This document shows positions 37,794 to 47,631 of a stretch of DNA of 64,000 nt, piece by piece. The notes under the pieces were generated by a model. It made no database searches. It worked only from the letters and a program-made list of their open reading frames with translations, and was not told the origin of the DNA. Positions within the stretch are counted from its first letter, which is position 1; each line of letters begins with the position of its first letter. Source of the stretch: a virus (lineage: Duplodnaviria > Heunggongvirae > Uroviricota > Caudoviricetes); IMG/VR virus record IMGVR_UViG_3300046011_008537; one strand, given 5' to 3'. The position numbers and the translations under genes are program-made.

Positions 37794-38876
37794 ATGAGTT
37801 TGTTAGATAAAATTAAAAAGAATAGTACAATTAAAGAAACTTCGGTTCTTTCTAAATCAAAATTCTTTGTTGATAAAGATATGATTCAAACGCCAATTCC
37901 AATTATTAATGTGGCTTTATCTGGTTCATTAGATGGAGGGTTTACTCCTGGATTTACTATGTGGGCTGGTCCAAGTAAACATTTTAAAACTGCATTTAGT
38001 TTATTAATGGCTAAATCGTATATGGATAAATATCCAGAATCAGTTTTGTTATTTTATGATTCAGAGTTTGGTACGCCGCAATCATATTTCCAATCTTTTG
38101 GTATTGATATGGATAGAGTGATCCACACTCCTCTTAAAAACGTCGAGGAATTGAAGTTTGATATAATGAATCAGATTGATAATATTGTCCGTGGAGATCG
38201 AATTCTTATCCTTATAGACTCTATTGGTAATTTGGCTAGTAAGAAAGAAGTTGATGATGCCTTAGATGGTAAATCAACAGCTGATATGACAAGAGCTAAA
38301 CAATTAAAATCTTTGTTTAGAATGATTACTCCTCATTTAATGTTAAAAGATATTCCATTGGTAGCTGTTAATCATACCTATAAAACAATGGAACTTTATG
38401 CAAAAGATGTTGTTGGTGGCGGTACTGGTTCATATTATGCAGCTGATAACATTTATATTTTAGGTCGCCAACAAGAAAAAGAAGGAACTGAAGTAATTGG
38501 ATATAACTTTATTATTAACGTTGAGAAATCTCGATATACCAAAGAGAAATCTAAAATTCCAGTTTGCGTAAGTTTTAAAGGTGGTATTAGTAAATGGTCT
38601 GGTTTAATTGATTTAGCATTAGAATCTGGTATCGTTATTAAACCGAGTAATGGTTGGTATCAAAAAGTTAATTTAGCAACTGGTGAACTTTTAGAGAAAA
38701 AATATCGATTAAAAGAAACTGAATCTGCTGAATTTTGGGATCCTATTTTGGAAAGCACTCAATTTAAAGCATTTATTGAAAGTAAATATAAAGTATCTCA
38801 TGGAGATATTTTTGGTAATGATATTGATGAAGATATTGATGCTGTATTTGCTGATGAGGAATTGGAAGATGCATAG
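37794..38876 (+). CDS. uvsX: recombinase UvsX (RecA-like)
   Basis: Near-colinear with T4 UvsX (GPSKHFKT Walker A, FYDSEFG, IDSIGNLASKKE). Confidence 0.9.
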   Translation: MSLLDKIKKNSTIKETSVLSKSKFFVDKDMIQTPIPIINVALSGSLDGGFTPGFTMWAGPSKHFKTAFSLLMAKSYMDKYPESVLLFYDSEFGTPQSYFQSFGIDMDRVIHTPLKNVEELKFDIMNQIDNIVRGDRILILIDSIGNLASKKEVDDALDGKSTADMTRAKQLKSLFRMITPHLMLKDIPLVAVNHTYKTMELYAKDVVGGGTGSYYAADNIYILGRQQEKEGTEVIGYNFIINVEKSRYTKEKSKIPVCVSFKGGISKWSGLIDLALESGIVIKPSNGWYQKVNLATGELLEKKYRLKETESAEFWDPILESTQFKAFIESKYKVSHGDIFGNDIDEDIDAVFADEELEDA

Positions 38877-39072
38877 ATTAACTAGAATTGATATTAATGA
38901 TATTTTTTATGTAACGCTTATTATTAGTTTTCTTTGTTGGACAATAGCATCTTGGTTTACTCATATTATAGTTTGTATTAACAATAAAGAATGGTTATTT
39001 TTAATTGCCGGAGCCATAATGGCTCCAATTGCGTGGGTTCATGGAACTGGCGTTTGGTTTAATGTTTGGTAG
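38870..39072 (+). CDS. small membrane protein (2 TM)
   Basis: ATG overlapping uvsX stop (ATGCATAG). Hydrophobic segments. ORF-track longer start at 38776 lies inside uvsX. Confidence 0.3.
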
Positions 39073-39081
39073 GAGAAAAAA

Positions 39082-39420
39082 ATGGTTGACGAAAGAACAG
39101 TTGTAGAGTATAATTTCATTGAGGTCAATGGAGCAAATGGATTAAAATTAGAATCCGGTGAATTTGACGGGGTTATCGTAACATTAAGCGATCTTAGTGT
39201 TCAAGATGATGGTACAGATAATCCAGATGGATCTGCTGTGTTAAGTTTTAATTATGATGTCGTTTATGACGCCGAAAAACCAAAAGAATTATTTGAAACT
39301 ATAGATTTTAAAAATACTATAGGTGATATATTAATGAAAATTCTTACTGACAGTATTAAAGAAGCAGGAGAAAATATTGAATCTGAATACGCTGATTTTG
39401 AAGAACCTTCATTACTCTGA
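39082..39420 (+). CDS. acidic hypothetical protein
   Basis: 112 aa. RBS GGAG. Confidence 0.3.
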   Translation: MVDERTVVEYNFIEVNGANGLKLESGEFDGVIVTLSDLSVQDDGTDNPDGSAVLSFNYDVVYDAEKPKELFETIDFKNTIGDILMKILTDSIKEAGENIESEYADFEEPSLL

Positions 39421-40774
39421 AGAATTTACGAGAAAAGTATTACCTTTTTTAAGGGCAGATTATTTTAATGATAGAAATGAACGAACAATTTTTAACGAGA
39501 TTAGTTCGTTCATTACAAATTATGGAAATATTCCAACATATGAAGCTCTTATTATTCAGTTAAATGAAAAAACAGTTTCCGAAGAAGAACATAAAGAAAC
39601 TCTTACATTATTAAATGAATTGCATGAAGCTAAATCTGAAACTGTAGATTTGGAATGGTTAGTTGATAAAACGGAAACTTTTTGTCAAGACCAAGCAATC
39701 TTTAATGCTGTTAGAGAATCTATTACAATTCTCGATGGAAAACATAAAGATTTATCAAAAGGAAGTATTCCTACGTTATTATCTGAAGCATTATCTGTTT
39801 CTTTTGACTCAAGCGTTGGTCATGATTATTTGGGTGATGCTGATAGCCGTTATGAATATTATCATAGAACTGAAGAAAAAGTTCCTTTCGGGCTAAACTA
39901 TTTTAATCTTATAACAAATGGTGGATTACCAAAGAAAACTTTAAATGTTATCTTAGCTCCACCTCATGGCGGTAAAAGTTTAATGATGTGTAACTTTGCA
40001 GCTGATTTTCAAACAGCAGGTAAAAATGTTTTATACATAACTTGTGAAATGGCTGAAGAAGAAATTGCAAAACGTATTGATGCTAATTTGCTTAGAATAT
40101 CTATGGATGATTTAATGCAAATGGATAAATCGTCTTTTGATAAAAAGATTAATTATGTTAAATCAAAAACTGTTGGTAAGTTATTTGTCAAAGAATACCC
40201 AACAGCTGCAGCTAATGTAAATCATTTTAGAACTTTATTAAATGAATTGCGTTTAAAAAAGAATTTCGTTCCAGATGTAGTGTTTATTGATTATTTAAAT
40301 ATTTGTGCTAGTTCTAGAATGAAGATGTCTGGTAGTATCAACACTTATACATATATTCAGGCTATTGCGCAAGAATTGCGTGGCTTTGCTCAGGAGTTTA
40401 GTATTCCTGTTGTAACAGCAACTCAGACAACTAGAAGCGGATCTCAAAGTAGTGATGTTGATATGAGTGATGTATCTGAATCATTTGGTGTTCCTGCTAT
40501 TGCTGATTTTATGTGTGCAATCATTAACAGCGAAGAATTATATGATTTAAATCAAATGATGATTAAACAGTTAAAAAATCGTTATAGAGATTTAAATTTA
40601 AATAAACGATTTGTTGTTGGTGTTGATCGAGCTAAAATGAAATTGTTTGATGTTGAACAATCAGCTCAGGAAGGTATTACTGATGCTGGAAGCATGGATC
40701 CATCTGAGTCGTATAAATCTATGCAAAAACAAAATAAATTTGAAAAGAAATCATTTGATGGGTTTAAAGTATGA
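39377..40774 (+). CDS. 41: replicative DnaB-like helicase gp41
   Basis: Aligns with T4 gp41: Walker A APPHGGKS, ISMEMAEE, RQ finger region. Confidence 0.85.
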   Translation: MNLNTLILKNLHYSEEFTRKVLPFLRADYFNDRNERTIFNEISSFITNYGNIPTYEALIIQLNEKTVSEEEHKETLTLLNELHEAKSETVDLEWLVDKTETFCQDQAIFNAVRESITILDGKHKDLSKGSIPTLLSEALSVSFDSSVGHDYLGDADSRYEYYHRTEEKVPFGLNYFNLITNGGLPKKTLNVILAPPHGGKSLMMCNFAADFQTAGKNVLYITCEMAEEEIAKRIDANLLRISMDDLMQMDKSSFDKKINYVKSKTVGKLFVKEYPTAAANVNHFRTLLNELRLKKNFVPDVVFIDYLNICASSRMKMSGSINTYTYIQAIAQELRGFAQEFSIPVVTATQTTRSGSQSSDVDMSDVSESFGVPAIADFMCAIINSEELYDLNQMMIKQLKNRYRDLNLNKRFVVGVDRAKMKLFDVEQSAQEGITDAGSMDPSESYKSMQKQNKFEKKSFDGFKV

Positions 40775-41490
40775 CAAAAAGTGCAGTAGTAATAATTCCA
40801 ACAACAGGAGCTGATACTCTTATAGAAACAATTGAGAGTGTTGCCAAACAAACATATGATAATGTTACTGCCCTTATTGTGGTTGATGGAAAACAATTTG
40901 CATCTAAAGTAAGGAAACTGCTTTTAGGTAAAGGTTTTAGTATTCCTTTGCGAGTTGAATATCTAGATGAAAATGTTGGAGCTAACGGCTTTTATGGTCA
41001 TAGGATTTATGCAGCTTATTCTCATTTAGTTAATGAGGATTATATTTTCTTTCTTGATCAAGATAATTTGTTTGAGTCAAATCATATTGAAACTATGATT
41101 GCTAAATTAGAATCAACTAATTCTGATTGGGCGTATAGTTTGCGTAATATTTGCGATAAAAATGGAAATTATATTTATCAAGATAATTGCGAAAGTTTAG
41201 GTAAATGGGAAGCATGGACTAATTGTTATCATATAGATACTAATTGTTATTGTTTTTCAAATAAAGTTGCTGTTACTATTGCGGGAGCTTGGCACGGCGG
41301 ATGGGGTCAAGATAGAATTGTATTCCAGGCACTAAAACAATATTTTCCTAATTTTGAATGTTCTAACTATTATACAGTTAATTATAGGCTTGATGGTAAC
41401 GAGGGATCTGCTACTAAAGATTTTTTTGAGCATGGAAATAAATTAATGAGCGAAAAATATAATAATAAATTTCCATGGAGTAAAATATGA
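40771..41490 (+). CDS. family 2 glycosyltransferase
   Basis: N-terminal VVIIPTTGADTLIETIESVAKQTY and DxD (LDQD). Overlaps gene 41 by 4 nt. Confidence 0.65.
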   Translation: MTKSAVVIIPTTGADTLIETIESVAKQTYDNVTALIVVDGKQFASKVRKLLLGKGFSIPLRVEYLDENVGANGFYGHRIYAAYSHLVNEDYIFFLDQDNLFESNHIETMIAKLESTNSDWAYSLRNICDKNGNYIYQDNCESLGKWEAWTNCYHIDTNCYCFSNKVAVTIAGAWHGGWGQDRIVFQALKQYFPNFECSNYYTVNYRLDGNEGSATKDFFEHGNKLMSEKYNNKFPWSKI

Positions 41491-42140
41491 AAATTGATAT
41501 ACATACATTATATTGGAATAATGGAGAATATTTAATTAAATCGCAAAAAAAAGTAATGGATCATTTTCAAATACCAGTAATATATCATAATTTAGATGAT
41601 TATCCACACGGTAAATGGATGGATGAAGTTCTTGAAAACAGTACGTCAGATATTGTTGGATTTTTTGATAATGATTGCGTCCCTTTAAATAGACAAATTG
41701 TTGATTATGCAATAAATTATGTTGCAACAAATAAAACGTTTATTGGTACAGCTCAAGTATCAAATCATATTGCGCCATATTCGCATATATTTGCTGCTCC
41801 GTGTTTTTTCTTTATTTGTCGAGAAGCATGGATACAGCTTGGTAAACCTTCTTTTTCTGAAAATACAAGATCAGATGTTGCTGAAGAAGTTTCTTATAGA
41901 GCTGAAGAACATAAATTATCATATAAAGCTTTATATCCAACTCATTTTGAGCGAGAATCAACAGAAGGTATTTGGAAATTAAGTAACTATGGATATTTTG
42001 GTATAGGAACTGTTTTTGCTAATTCCATCTATCATTTATATCAAGGTCGTTTTAAACAAAATGCAGATTTATTTGCTAAACGTTGCCAAGAAATAATTGA
42101 TGGTACGTTTACTACAAACGGTATGCGTAATTCAATTTAG
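41487..42140 (+). CDS. hypothetical protein (possible transferase)
   Basis: 217 aa. DNDC motif. 4-nt overlap coupling. Confidence 0.3.
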   Translation: MKIDIHTLYWNNGEYLIKSQKKVMDHFQIPVIYHNLDDYPHGKWMDEVLENSTSDIVGFFDNDCVPLNRQIVDYAINYVATNKTFIGTAQVSNHIAPYSHIFAAPCFFFICREAWIQLGKPSFSENTRSDVAEEVSYRAEEHKLSYKALYPTHFERESTEGIWKLSNYGYFGIGTVFANSIYHLYQGRFKQNADLFAKRCQEIIDGTFTTNGMRNSI

Positions 42141-42149
42141 GAAATAATT

Positions 42150-42962
42150 ATGAGTAAAATTAGTATAGTAACTGCTTTTTTTGATATTGGTAGGGGAGAA
42201 TGGACTCCAGATAAAGGATTGCCTCATTATTTACAAAGATCTACTGATGTTTATATCAAAAGGTTTTCTTATTTGTTGAACTTAGATACAGATATTACTG
42301 TTTATACATCTCCTGACCTTGTTAATACGTTGACAGAATTAAGCGTTGGTAAATTAGCAAAAACAACTATAGTTGGAATTGATTTATCTGAATTTGATAG
42401 TATAAAAGAACGTATTGTAGATATTCAGCAAAACGAATTATTTAAAAATAGTATTTCTCCGAATCAGCTAAAAAATCCTGAATATTGGAATTCAGATTAT
42501 GTATTGGTTACTAACTTAAAAGCATATTTCGTCGATTTATCTATTAAAAATGGATTATCTAAAAATGATATGGTTGCTTGGATTGATTTTGGTTATTGTA
42601 GAAGCGAACAAAATATACCACAAAGTAATTCCTGGGAATATAATTTTGACCCAACAAAACTTCATTTATTTGCATATAAGCAATATGATGGTAAAAATAT
42701 ATTAGAAATAATTGCAACAAATGATGTATACATACTTGGAGCTAAAGTTGTTGCGCATAAATCTATGTGGTCAATTATGGCACAATTAATGAAATCTTCT
42801 CAAGATAAATTATTTGAAAATAATTTTGTTGATGACGATCAAGGTTTATGGTTAATTTCCAGTTTAATGGAACCCTATTTATTTGAGTTGCATACAATAC
42901 CAGATCATCAATTAGGTGGAGATCCTTTTGTTTTGTTTAACGAGTTTAACGATACTGTATGA
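42150..42962 (+). CDS. HtrL/YibB-like (LPS-core-associated) family protein?
   Basis: N-terminal IVTAFFDIGRGEW pattern. Confidence 0.25.
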   Translation: MSKISIVTAFFDIGRGEWTPDKGLPHYLQRSTDVYIKRFSYLLNLDTDITVYTSPDLVNTLTELSVGKLAKTTIVGIDLSEFDSIKERIVDIQQNELFKNSISPNQLKNPEYWNSDYVLVTNLKAYFVDLSIKNGLSKNDMVAWIDFGYCRSEQNIPQSNSWEYNFDPTKLHLFAYKQYDGKNILEIIATNDVYILGAKVVAHKSMWSIMAQLMKSSQDKLFENNFVDDDQGLWLISSLMEPYLFELHTIPDHQLGGDPFVLFNEFNDTV

Positions 42963-44341
42963 ATAAATTAATAATTTTTGATTTAGATGGCGTTTTAATA
43001 GATTCTAGGAATTTACATTATTATGCTTTAAATGAAGCATTAAGTCATATTGATGATAGCTATACTATAAGTATAGAAGAGCATTTAAGCGTTTATGATG
43101 GATTAAATACTACAAAAAAGCTTAAATTATTAACTCAAACTAAAGGTTTAGAACCTAAACATTATGATACTATTTGGGAAAATAAACAAAATGCTACATT
43201 TAAATATATAAAAGAATTTCAGGAACACTTTTTATTACAAAAGATATTTGCTAAAATAAAAAATAGAGGTTATAAAATTGCTGTTGCTAGTAACTCAATA
43301 AGAGAAACTGTAAAATTATCTTTATTGAGTATCGGTGTATTAGAATTTGTTGACTATTACGTTAGTAATGAAGATGTAACTAGAACTAAACCATATCCAG
43401 AAATGTATTGGAAATGTATGATAGCTATGAATGCTCTTCCTAAAAATACAATAATTGTTGAAGATAGTCATATTGGTAGACAAGGAGCTATAGATTCTGG
43501 CGCGCATTTATTAGCAGTTGATGATTCTCATGAAGTTAATTCAGAACATATATTAGATAGGATTTATAATATGATGGATAAAATCGAAGGAGTTGGTAAA
43601 AAGCCTTTGCCATGGAAAGATACAAAATTAACAGTATTAATTCCAATGGCTGGCGCGGGTAGTAGGTTTTCTGCTGCAGGTTATACTTTCCCTAAACCTT
43701 TAATTGAGGTTAGAGGAAAACCTATGATTCAAGTTGTTGTTGAAAACTTGAATATAGAAGCTAATTATGTATTTTTAGTACAAAAAGAACACTATGAGCA
43801 ATACAATTTAAAATATTTGTTAAATTTAATTGCGCCAAATTGTGAAATTGTATTGGTTGATGGTATTACTGAAGGTGCTGCTTGTACAACTTTATTAGCT
43901 AAAAAGTATATTAATAATGATAATCCATTGGTTATGACTAATTCTGATCAATTTATTGAATGGAATTCTAATGAATGTTTATATGCATTTTCAGCTGATG
44001 CTATTGATGGAGGTATATTAACATTTAATGCTACACACCCTAAATGGTCATATGCTAAAGTCGATGAAACTGGTTTTGTTTCTGAAGTTGCAGAAAAGAA
44101 AGTTATATCTGATCAAGCAACAGTAGGAGTTTATTATTGGAAAAAAGGTTCTGATTATGTTAAATATGCTGAACAAATGATTGAAAAGGATATACGAACT
44201 AATAATGAGTTTTATGTATGTCCAGTATTTAATGAAGCTATTGCTGATGGTAAAAAAATACGAGTAAAAACTGTTGAAAAAATGTGGGGTATTGGTACTC
44301 CTGAAGATTTAAATTATTTTCTAGATAATCATAAAGAATGA
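42959..44341 (+). CDS. bifunctional HAD-superfamily phosphatase/phosphomutase + sugar-phosphate nucleotidyltransferase
   Basis: N-term HAD motif I LIIFDLDGVLIDS and motif III/IV region. C-term NTase G-loop LIPMAGAGSRF and PKPLIEV. Confidence 0.6.
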   Translation: MNKLIIFDLDGVLIDSRNLHYYALNEALSHIDDSYTISIEEHLSVYDGLNTTKKLKLLTQTKGLEPKHYDTIWENKQNATFKYIKEFQEHFLLQKIFAKIKNRGYKIAVASNSIRETVKLSLLSIGVLEFVDYYVSNEDVTRTKPYPEMYWKCMIAMNALPKNTIIVEDSHIGRQGAIDSGAHLLAVDDSHEVNSEHILDRIYNMMDKIEGVGKKPLPWKDTKLTVLIPMAGAGSRFSAAGYTFPKPLIEVRGKPMIQVVVENLNIEANYVFLVQKEHYEQYNLKYLLNLIAPNCEIVLVDGITEGAACTTLLAKKYINNDNPLVMTNSDQFIEWNSNECLYAFSADAIDGGILTFNATHPKWSYAKVDETGFVSEVAEKKVISDQATVGVYYWKKGSDYVKYAEQMIEKDIRTNNEFYVCPVFNEAIADGKKIRVKTVEKMWGIGTPEDLNYFLDNHKE

Positions 44342-45141
44342 AAAACATTATATTTTTTATAACTCATAAAACATTAGGCGTTGAACACGCTACAGCTTGT
44401 TTTTATAGTTTATCTAAACAAGAAAATGTTTCTGGTAAATTTGATGCCTTATATATTTACAATACGCACCAAGATGAATTATCAAATGATACGTTAATAG
44501 ATTTATACGAAAAATTTAATTTAAATACTTTTTTTGCTGAAATTAAATTATTTGATTATAATCCTAATACCGAAAAGGCATTAGGTGCAGATATATCAAC
44601 TATTAGAAATTACGTTACGGAAAATTATGTTCAAGAAGATAGAGTTTTATTATTAAAATCTGATTGCCTTTTATCTAAAAATTATTTTAGCGATATTCTT
44701 TCTTTACCTGTAGATATTCCCGCATATTTTGTTGCTCCATTTATTTGTGCAAAAGAAAGAATAACTGATACTGAAATATTTGAATATATTTCTAGAGATT
44801 CGTATATTCAGTCAGATGATATAACGTTTTTTGTGGAAGATCAAATAGGTAGTAGTAATAATGATTTTAATAACCGTCCTGAAGTAAATATAACTGATAA
44901 TAGCATAAAATTTACTTCTTGTTATGTTATTAGAGATTTTTCTTGTCATTTCCTTTCTGTTGGATTATTTGATTTCGTACATATAGCTGTTCAGAGTTGG
45001 GGTGGGGTTAATTTTTCTTCTTTATTTAAGTATTTTATTGGAACTAATCGAAGTTTTGTAGTTCACAAATATCATAGTATTGTTAGTGAAAACAGAGTTA
45101 CAGATAGAGAAGGTCCAGTTGTTTCTTGGTTAAAGAGTTAG
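44338..45141 (+). CDS. hypothetical protein
   Basis: 267 aa. Overlap-coupled. Confidence 0.3.
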   Translation: MKNIIFFITHKTLGVEHATACFYSLSKQENVSGKFDALYIYNTHQDELSNDTLIDLYEKFNLNTFFAEIKLFDYNPNTEKALGADISTIRNYVTENYVQEDRVLLLKSDCLLSKNYFSDILSLPVDIPAYFVAPFICAKERITDTEIFEYISRDSYIQSDDITFFVEDQIGSSNNDFNNRPEVNITDNSIKFTSCYVIRDFSCHFLSVGLFDFVHIAVQSWGGVNFSSLFKYFIGTNRSFVVHKYHSIVSENRVTDREGPVVSWLKS

Positions 45142-45144
45142 TGT

Positions 45145-45810
45145 ATGAGAATAGCAGTTTTAATAGCAGGTCATATAAGATCATGGGATTTTTGTAAACA
45201 AAATTTTTTAGAAAATTTGTATAACGCCAATCATCAAATTGATGTTTTTGTTGACACGTATAATGAAATTTTTAGGTCAGATTATCATCTTCATAAAGAA
45301 TATGAAATGAATATTATTAAAAATTCTGATCAAATTAAACAAATGTTTTCTGGTATTAATGTTGTAAATTTTGGTATAGAACCTGAGGTTGTTGGACCCC
45401 CTCAAGATATGCAAAAAAGAAAATTATTACGAGTATTTAATGATTTTTTACAACATGAAAATATTTATGGAACATATGATTTAGTTATAAGATATAGATT
45501 TGATATATTATTAAATAAACCTTTAAATTATGAATATATATTACAAGAATGTACCAATAATCCTAAATTAATTTTTATTGGTGATGGTGCTGTTCATATG
45601 CCGCAAAACGATATGATGGCAATATGTAATTTCGATGCATTTAAAATATATTTAAATAGATTAAATACTTATCCATATCAACTTGATCCAATGATACATC
45701 ATTATAGTATGGATCATTTAATAGCAGATTTTGGAATTGAATATAGCCAAACAATTGGTATTTCTATTGTTAGGCTTGATGGTAATAAAAATTATAGGAT
45801 TGAAAAATAA
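45145..45810 (+). CDS. uncharacterised putative transferase, paralog A
   Basis: Paralogous to 46511-47182 (IAVLIAGHIRSW/TAILLVGNIRTW; YDLVIRYRFD/YDLVIKTRCD). Confidence 0.35.
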   Translation: MRIAVLIAGHIRSWDFCKQNFLENLYNANHQIDVFVDTYNEIFRSDYHLHKEYEMNIIKNSDQIKQMFSGINVVNFGIEPEVVGPPQDMQKRKLLRVFNDFLQHENIYGTYDLVIRYRFDILLNKPLNYEYILQECTNNPKLIFIGDGAVHMPQNDMMAICNFDAFKIYLNRLNTYPYQLDPMIHHYSMDHLIADFGIEYSQTIGISIVRLDGNKNYRIEK

Positions 45811-46514
45811 TGGTGAATTTATATAATAATGAATCAGATATACATGATAATCAAAATATTTATGATTCGTTTAATAATTTTATTTTTAGTAATGATAGAA
45901 ATGTTTTTAATAAATTACATAGTAAATTTGAATTTTACGATAAAACAAAACATTTACTTGGAGATATTGTAGAATGCGGGGTATTTAAAGGTTCTGGTTT
46001 ATTATCTTGGTTGAAAATTTTGGATATTAATGAACCGCATAGTATTAAAAAGGTTATGGGTTTTGATTTTTTTAATCCATCATTTGTAGATGAATTAAAA
46101 GATGAAACTGATAAACGAACAATGCAACAAGTTTTTGATCGAGATAAAGATTTAGATTTAAATTCTATTTCATATGATGGTATATCTAAAAAAATTATTT
46201 CAGCTGGATTTAATACTTCTAAGTTTGAATTGATACAAGGTGATGTTAGTAAAACTTCTAAACAAATTGTTGTTTCTAGACCTGGATTTAGAATTAGCAT
46301 TTTATATCTTGATATGGATTTAGCAGAACCAACATATGATGCATTAGTTAATTTTTGGGATAATATTGTTTCAGGTGGTATTGTTGTATTTGATGAATAC
46401 GCATATCATAGTTGGAGCGAAGCTAATGGGGTAGATAAATTTATAAGAGAATTTGGTATTGAATTACATAGAACAAATATTAAAGCCCCTACTGCATATA
46501 TTATTAAACCATGA
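45810..46514 (+). CDS. TylF/MycF-type SAM-dependent O-methyltransferase
   Basis: ECGVFKGSG glycine-rich SAM motif and C-terminal GGIVVFDEY pattern of macrocin O-methyltransferase family. Confidence 0.55.
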   Translation: MVNLYNNESDIHDNQNIYDSFNNFIFSNDRNVFNKLHSKFEFYDKTKHLLGDIVECGVFKGSGLLSWLKILDINEPHSIKKVMGFDFFNPSFVDELKDETDKRTMQQVFDRDKDLDLNSISYDGISKKIISAGFNTSKFELIQGDVSKTSKQIVVSRPGFRISILYLDMDLAEPTYDALVNFWDNIVSGGIVVFDEYAYHSWSEANGVDKFIREFGIELHRTNIKAPTAYIIKP

Positions 46515-47182
46515 AAACTGCAATATTATTAGTTGGAAACATAAGAACTTGGTCTTATTGTAAAGAAAATTTTTTACAAACATTTGGACATTTAAATCCT
46601 GATATTTTTGTGTCGACGTATAATTTACAGTATAATCATCATCCATATATACGAAATTTAATTGGAGATAATGAAGATGCATGGCTAACCAATGAAGAAA
46701 TTGCTGATATTTTTTCTGGAATTAATGTTAAAAATATTAGTATTGATAGTAATTTACATTATAATTTGCCTGAAGATGTTAATAGTTTATTTACCGGATT
46801 AGAAACTACATTTTTTCAATATCTTAAATTTTTTCAATCTGTTCAAATAATGAATGAATATGATGAATATGATTTGGTTATTAAGACTCGTTGCGATTTA
46901 TTATATAACCCAATTAATTTTGATAATGTTTTAAATTCTATTATTATTGATTCGGGTAATGTTTATCCTAATGATTGTATTTTAATCGCAAATAAAAATA
47001 ATATTGTAAATATTTCTGAATTTATTATGCAAGAATTTTTTAATCCAATATATAGCAATAGTCATGATACTCCTCCACATGGACTATTGTGTAATGCTAT
47101 TAACCATTTAAATATTCCTGTTCAGCAACAAAAAATTATGAATTGTGTTGTTAGAAAGGGAAATAAAATACAACAATATTAA
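46511..47182 (+). CDS. uncharacterised putative transferase, paralog B
   Basis: See paralog A. Confidence 0.35.
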   Translation: MKTAILLVGNIRTWSYCKENFLQTFGHLNPDIFVSTYNLQYNHHPYIRNLIGDNEDAWLTNEEIADIFSGINVKNISIDSNLHYNLPEDVNSLFTGLETTFFQYLKFFQSVQIMNEYDEYDLVIKTRCDLLYNPINFDNVLNSIIIDSGNVYPNDCILIANKNNIVNISEFIMQEFFNPIYSNSHDTPPHGLLCNAINHLNIPVQQQKIMNCVVRKGNKIQQY

Positions 47183-47183
47183 T

Positions 47184-47630
47184 ATGAAAATTATATCGCA
47201 TAGAGGAAATTTAACTGGACCTTGTTCAGATACAGAAAATCATCCCGATCAAATTAATTTATGTATATCTAAAGGATATGATGTAGAAATTGATTTGTGG
47301 TTTATAGATGGAGATTATTTTCTAGGGCATGACACTCCAACTTATAAAACTTCTTTTAGTTTTTTATTGGAAAGAAAGGATAAATTATGGATTCATTGCA
47401 AAAATCAAGATGCTGTATTTGCGTTGAATAACACTGGATTTAATTATTTTTGGCATCAAGAAGATGATATTACATTAACTTCTCAAGAATTTATTTGGGC
47501 TTATCCAGATAAGCATGCAAAATATTTTAAAAACCTTGTTATATTGGATTTTACAAAAAACGTTAATTTTGATTTTTATAAAAGCCGTGGAGTATATGCA
47601 GTTTGCATTGATTATATTATAGGTAATTAA
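47184..47630 (+). CDS. glycerophosphodiester phosphodiesterase (GDPD)-family protein, short form
   Basis: HRGN...TENHP...DVEIDLWFIDGDYFLGHD pattern of GDPD catalytic motifs. Start at MKIISHRG; ORF-track start at 47145 rejected. Confidence 0.45.
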   Translation: MKIISHRGNLTGPCSDTENHPDQINLCISKGYDVEIDLWFIDGDYFLGHDTPTYKTSFSFLLERKDKLWIHCKNQDAVFALNNTGFNYFWHQEDDITLTSQEFIWAYPDKHAKYFKNLVILDFTKNVNFDFYKSRGVYAVCIDYIIGN

Positions 47631-47631
47631 A

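Noticed and set aside
38776-38869. ORF-track long form of the small membrane protein overlapping the uvsX 3' end
   Set aside because: The upstream 31 codons lie inside uvsX in another frame. The ATG overlapping the uvsX stop (ATGCATAG) is the more plausible coupled start.
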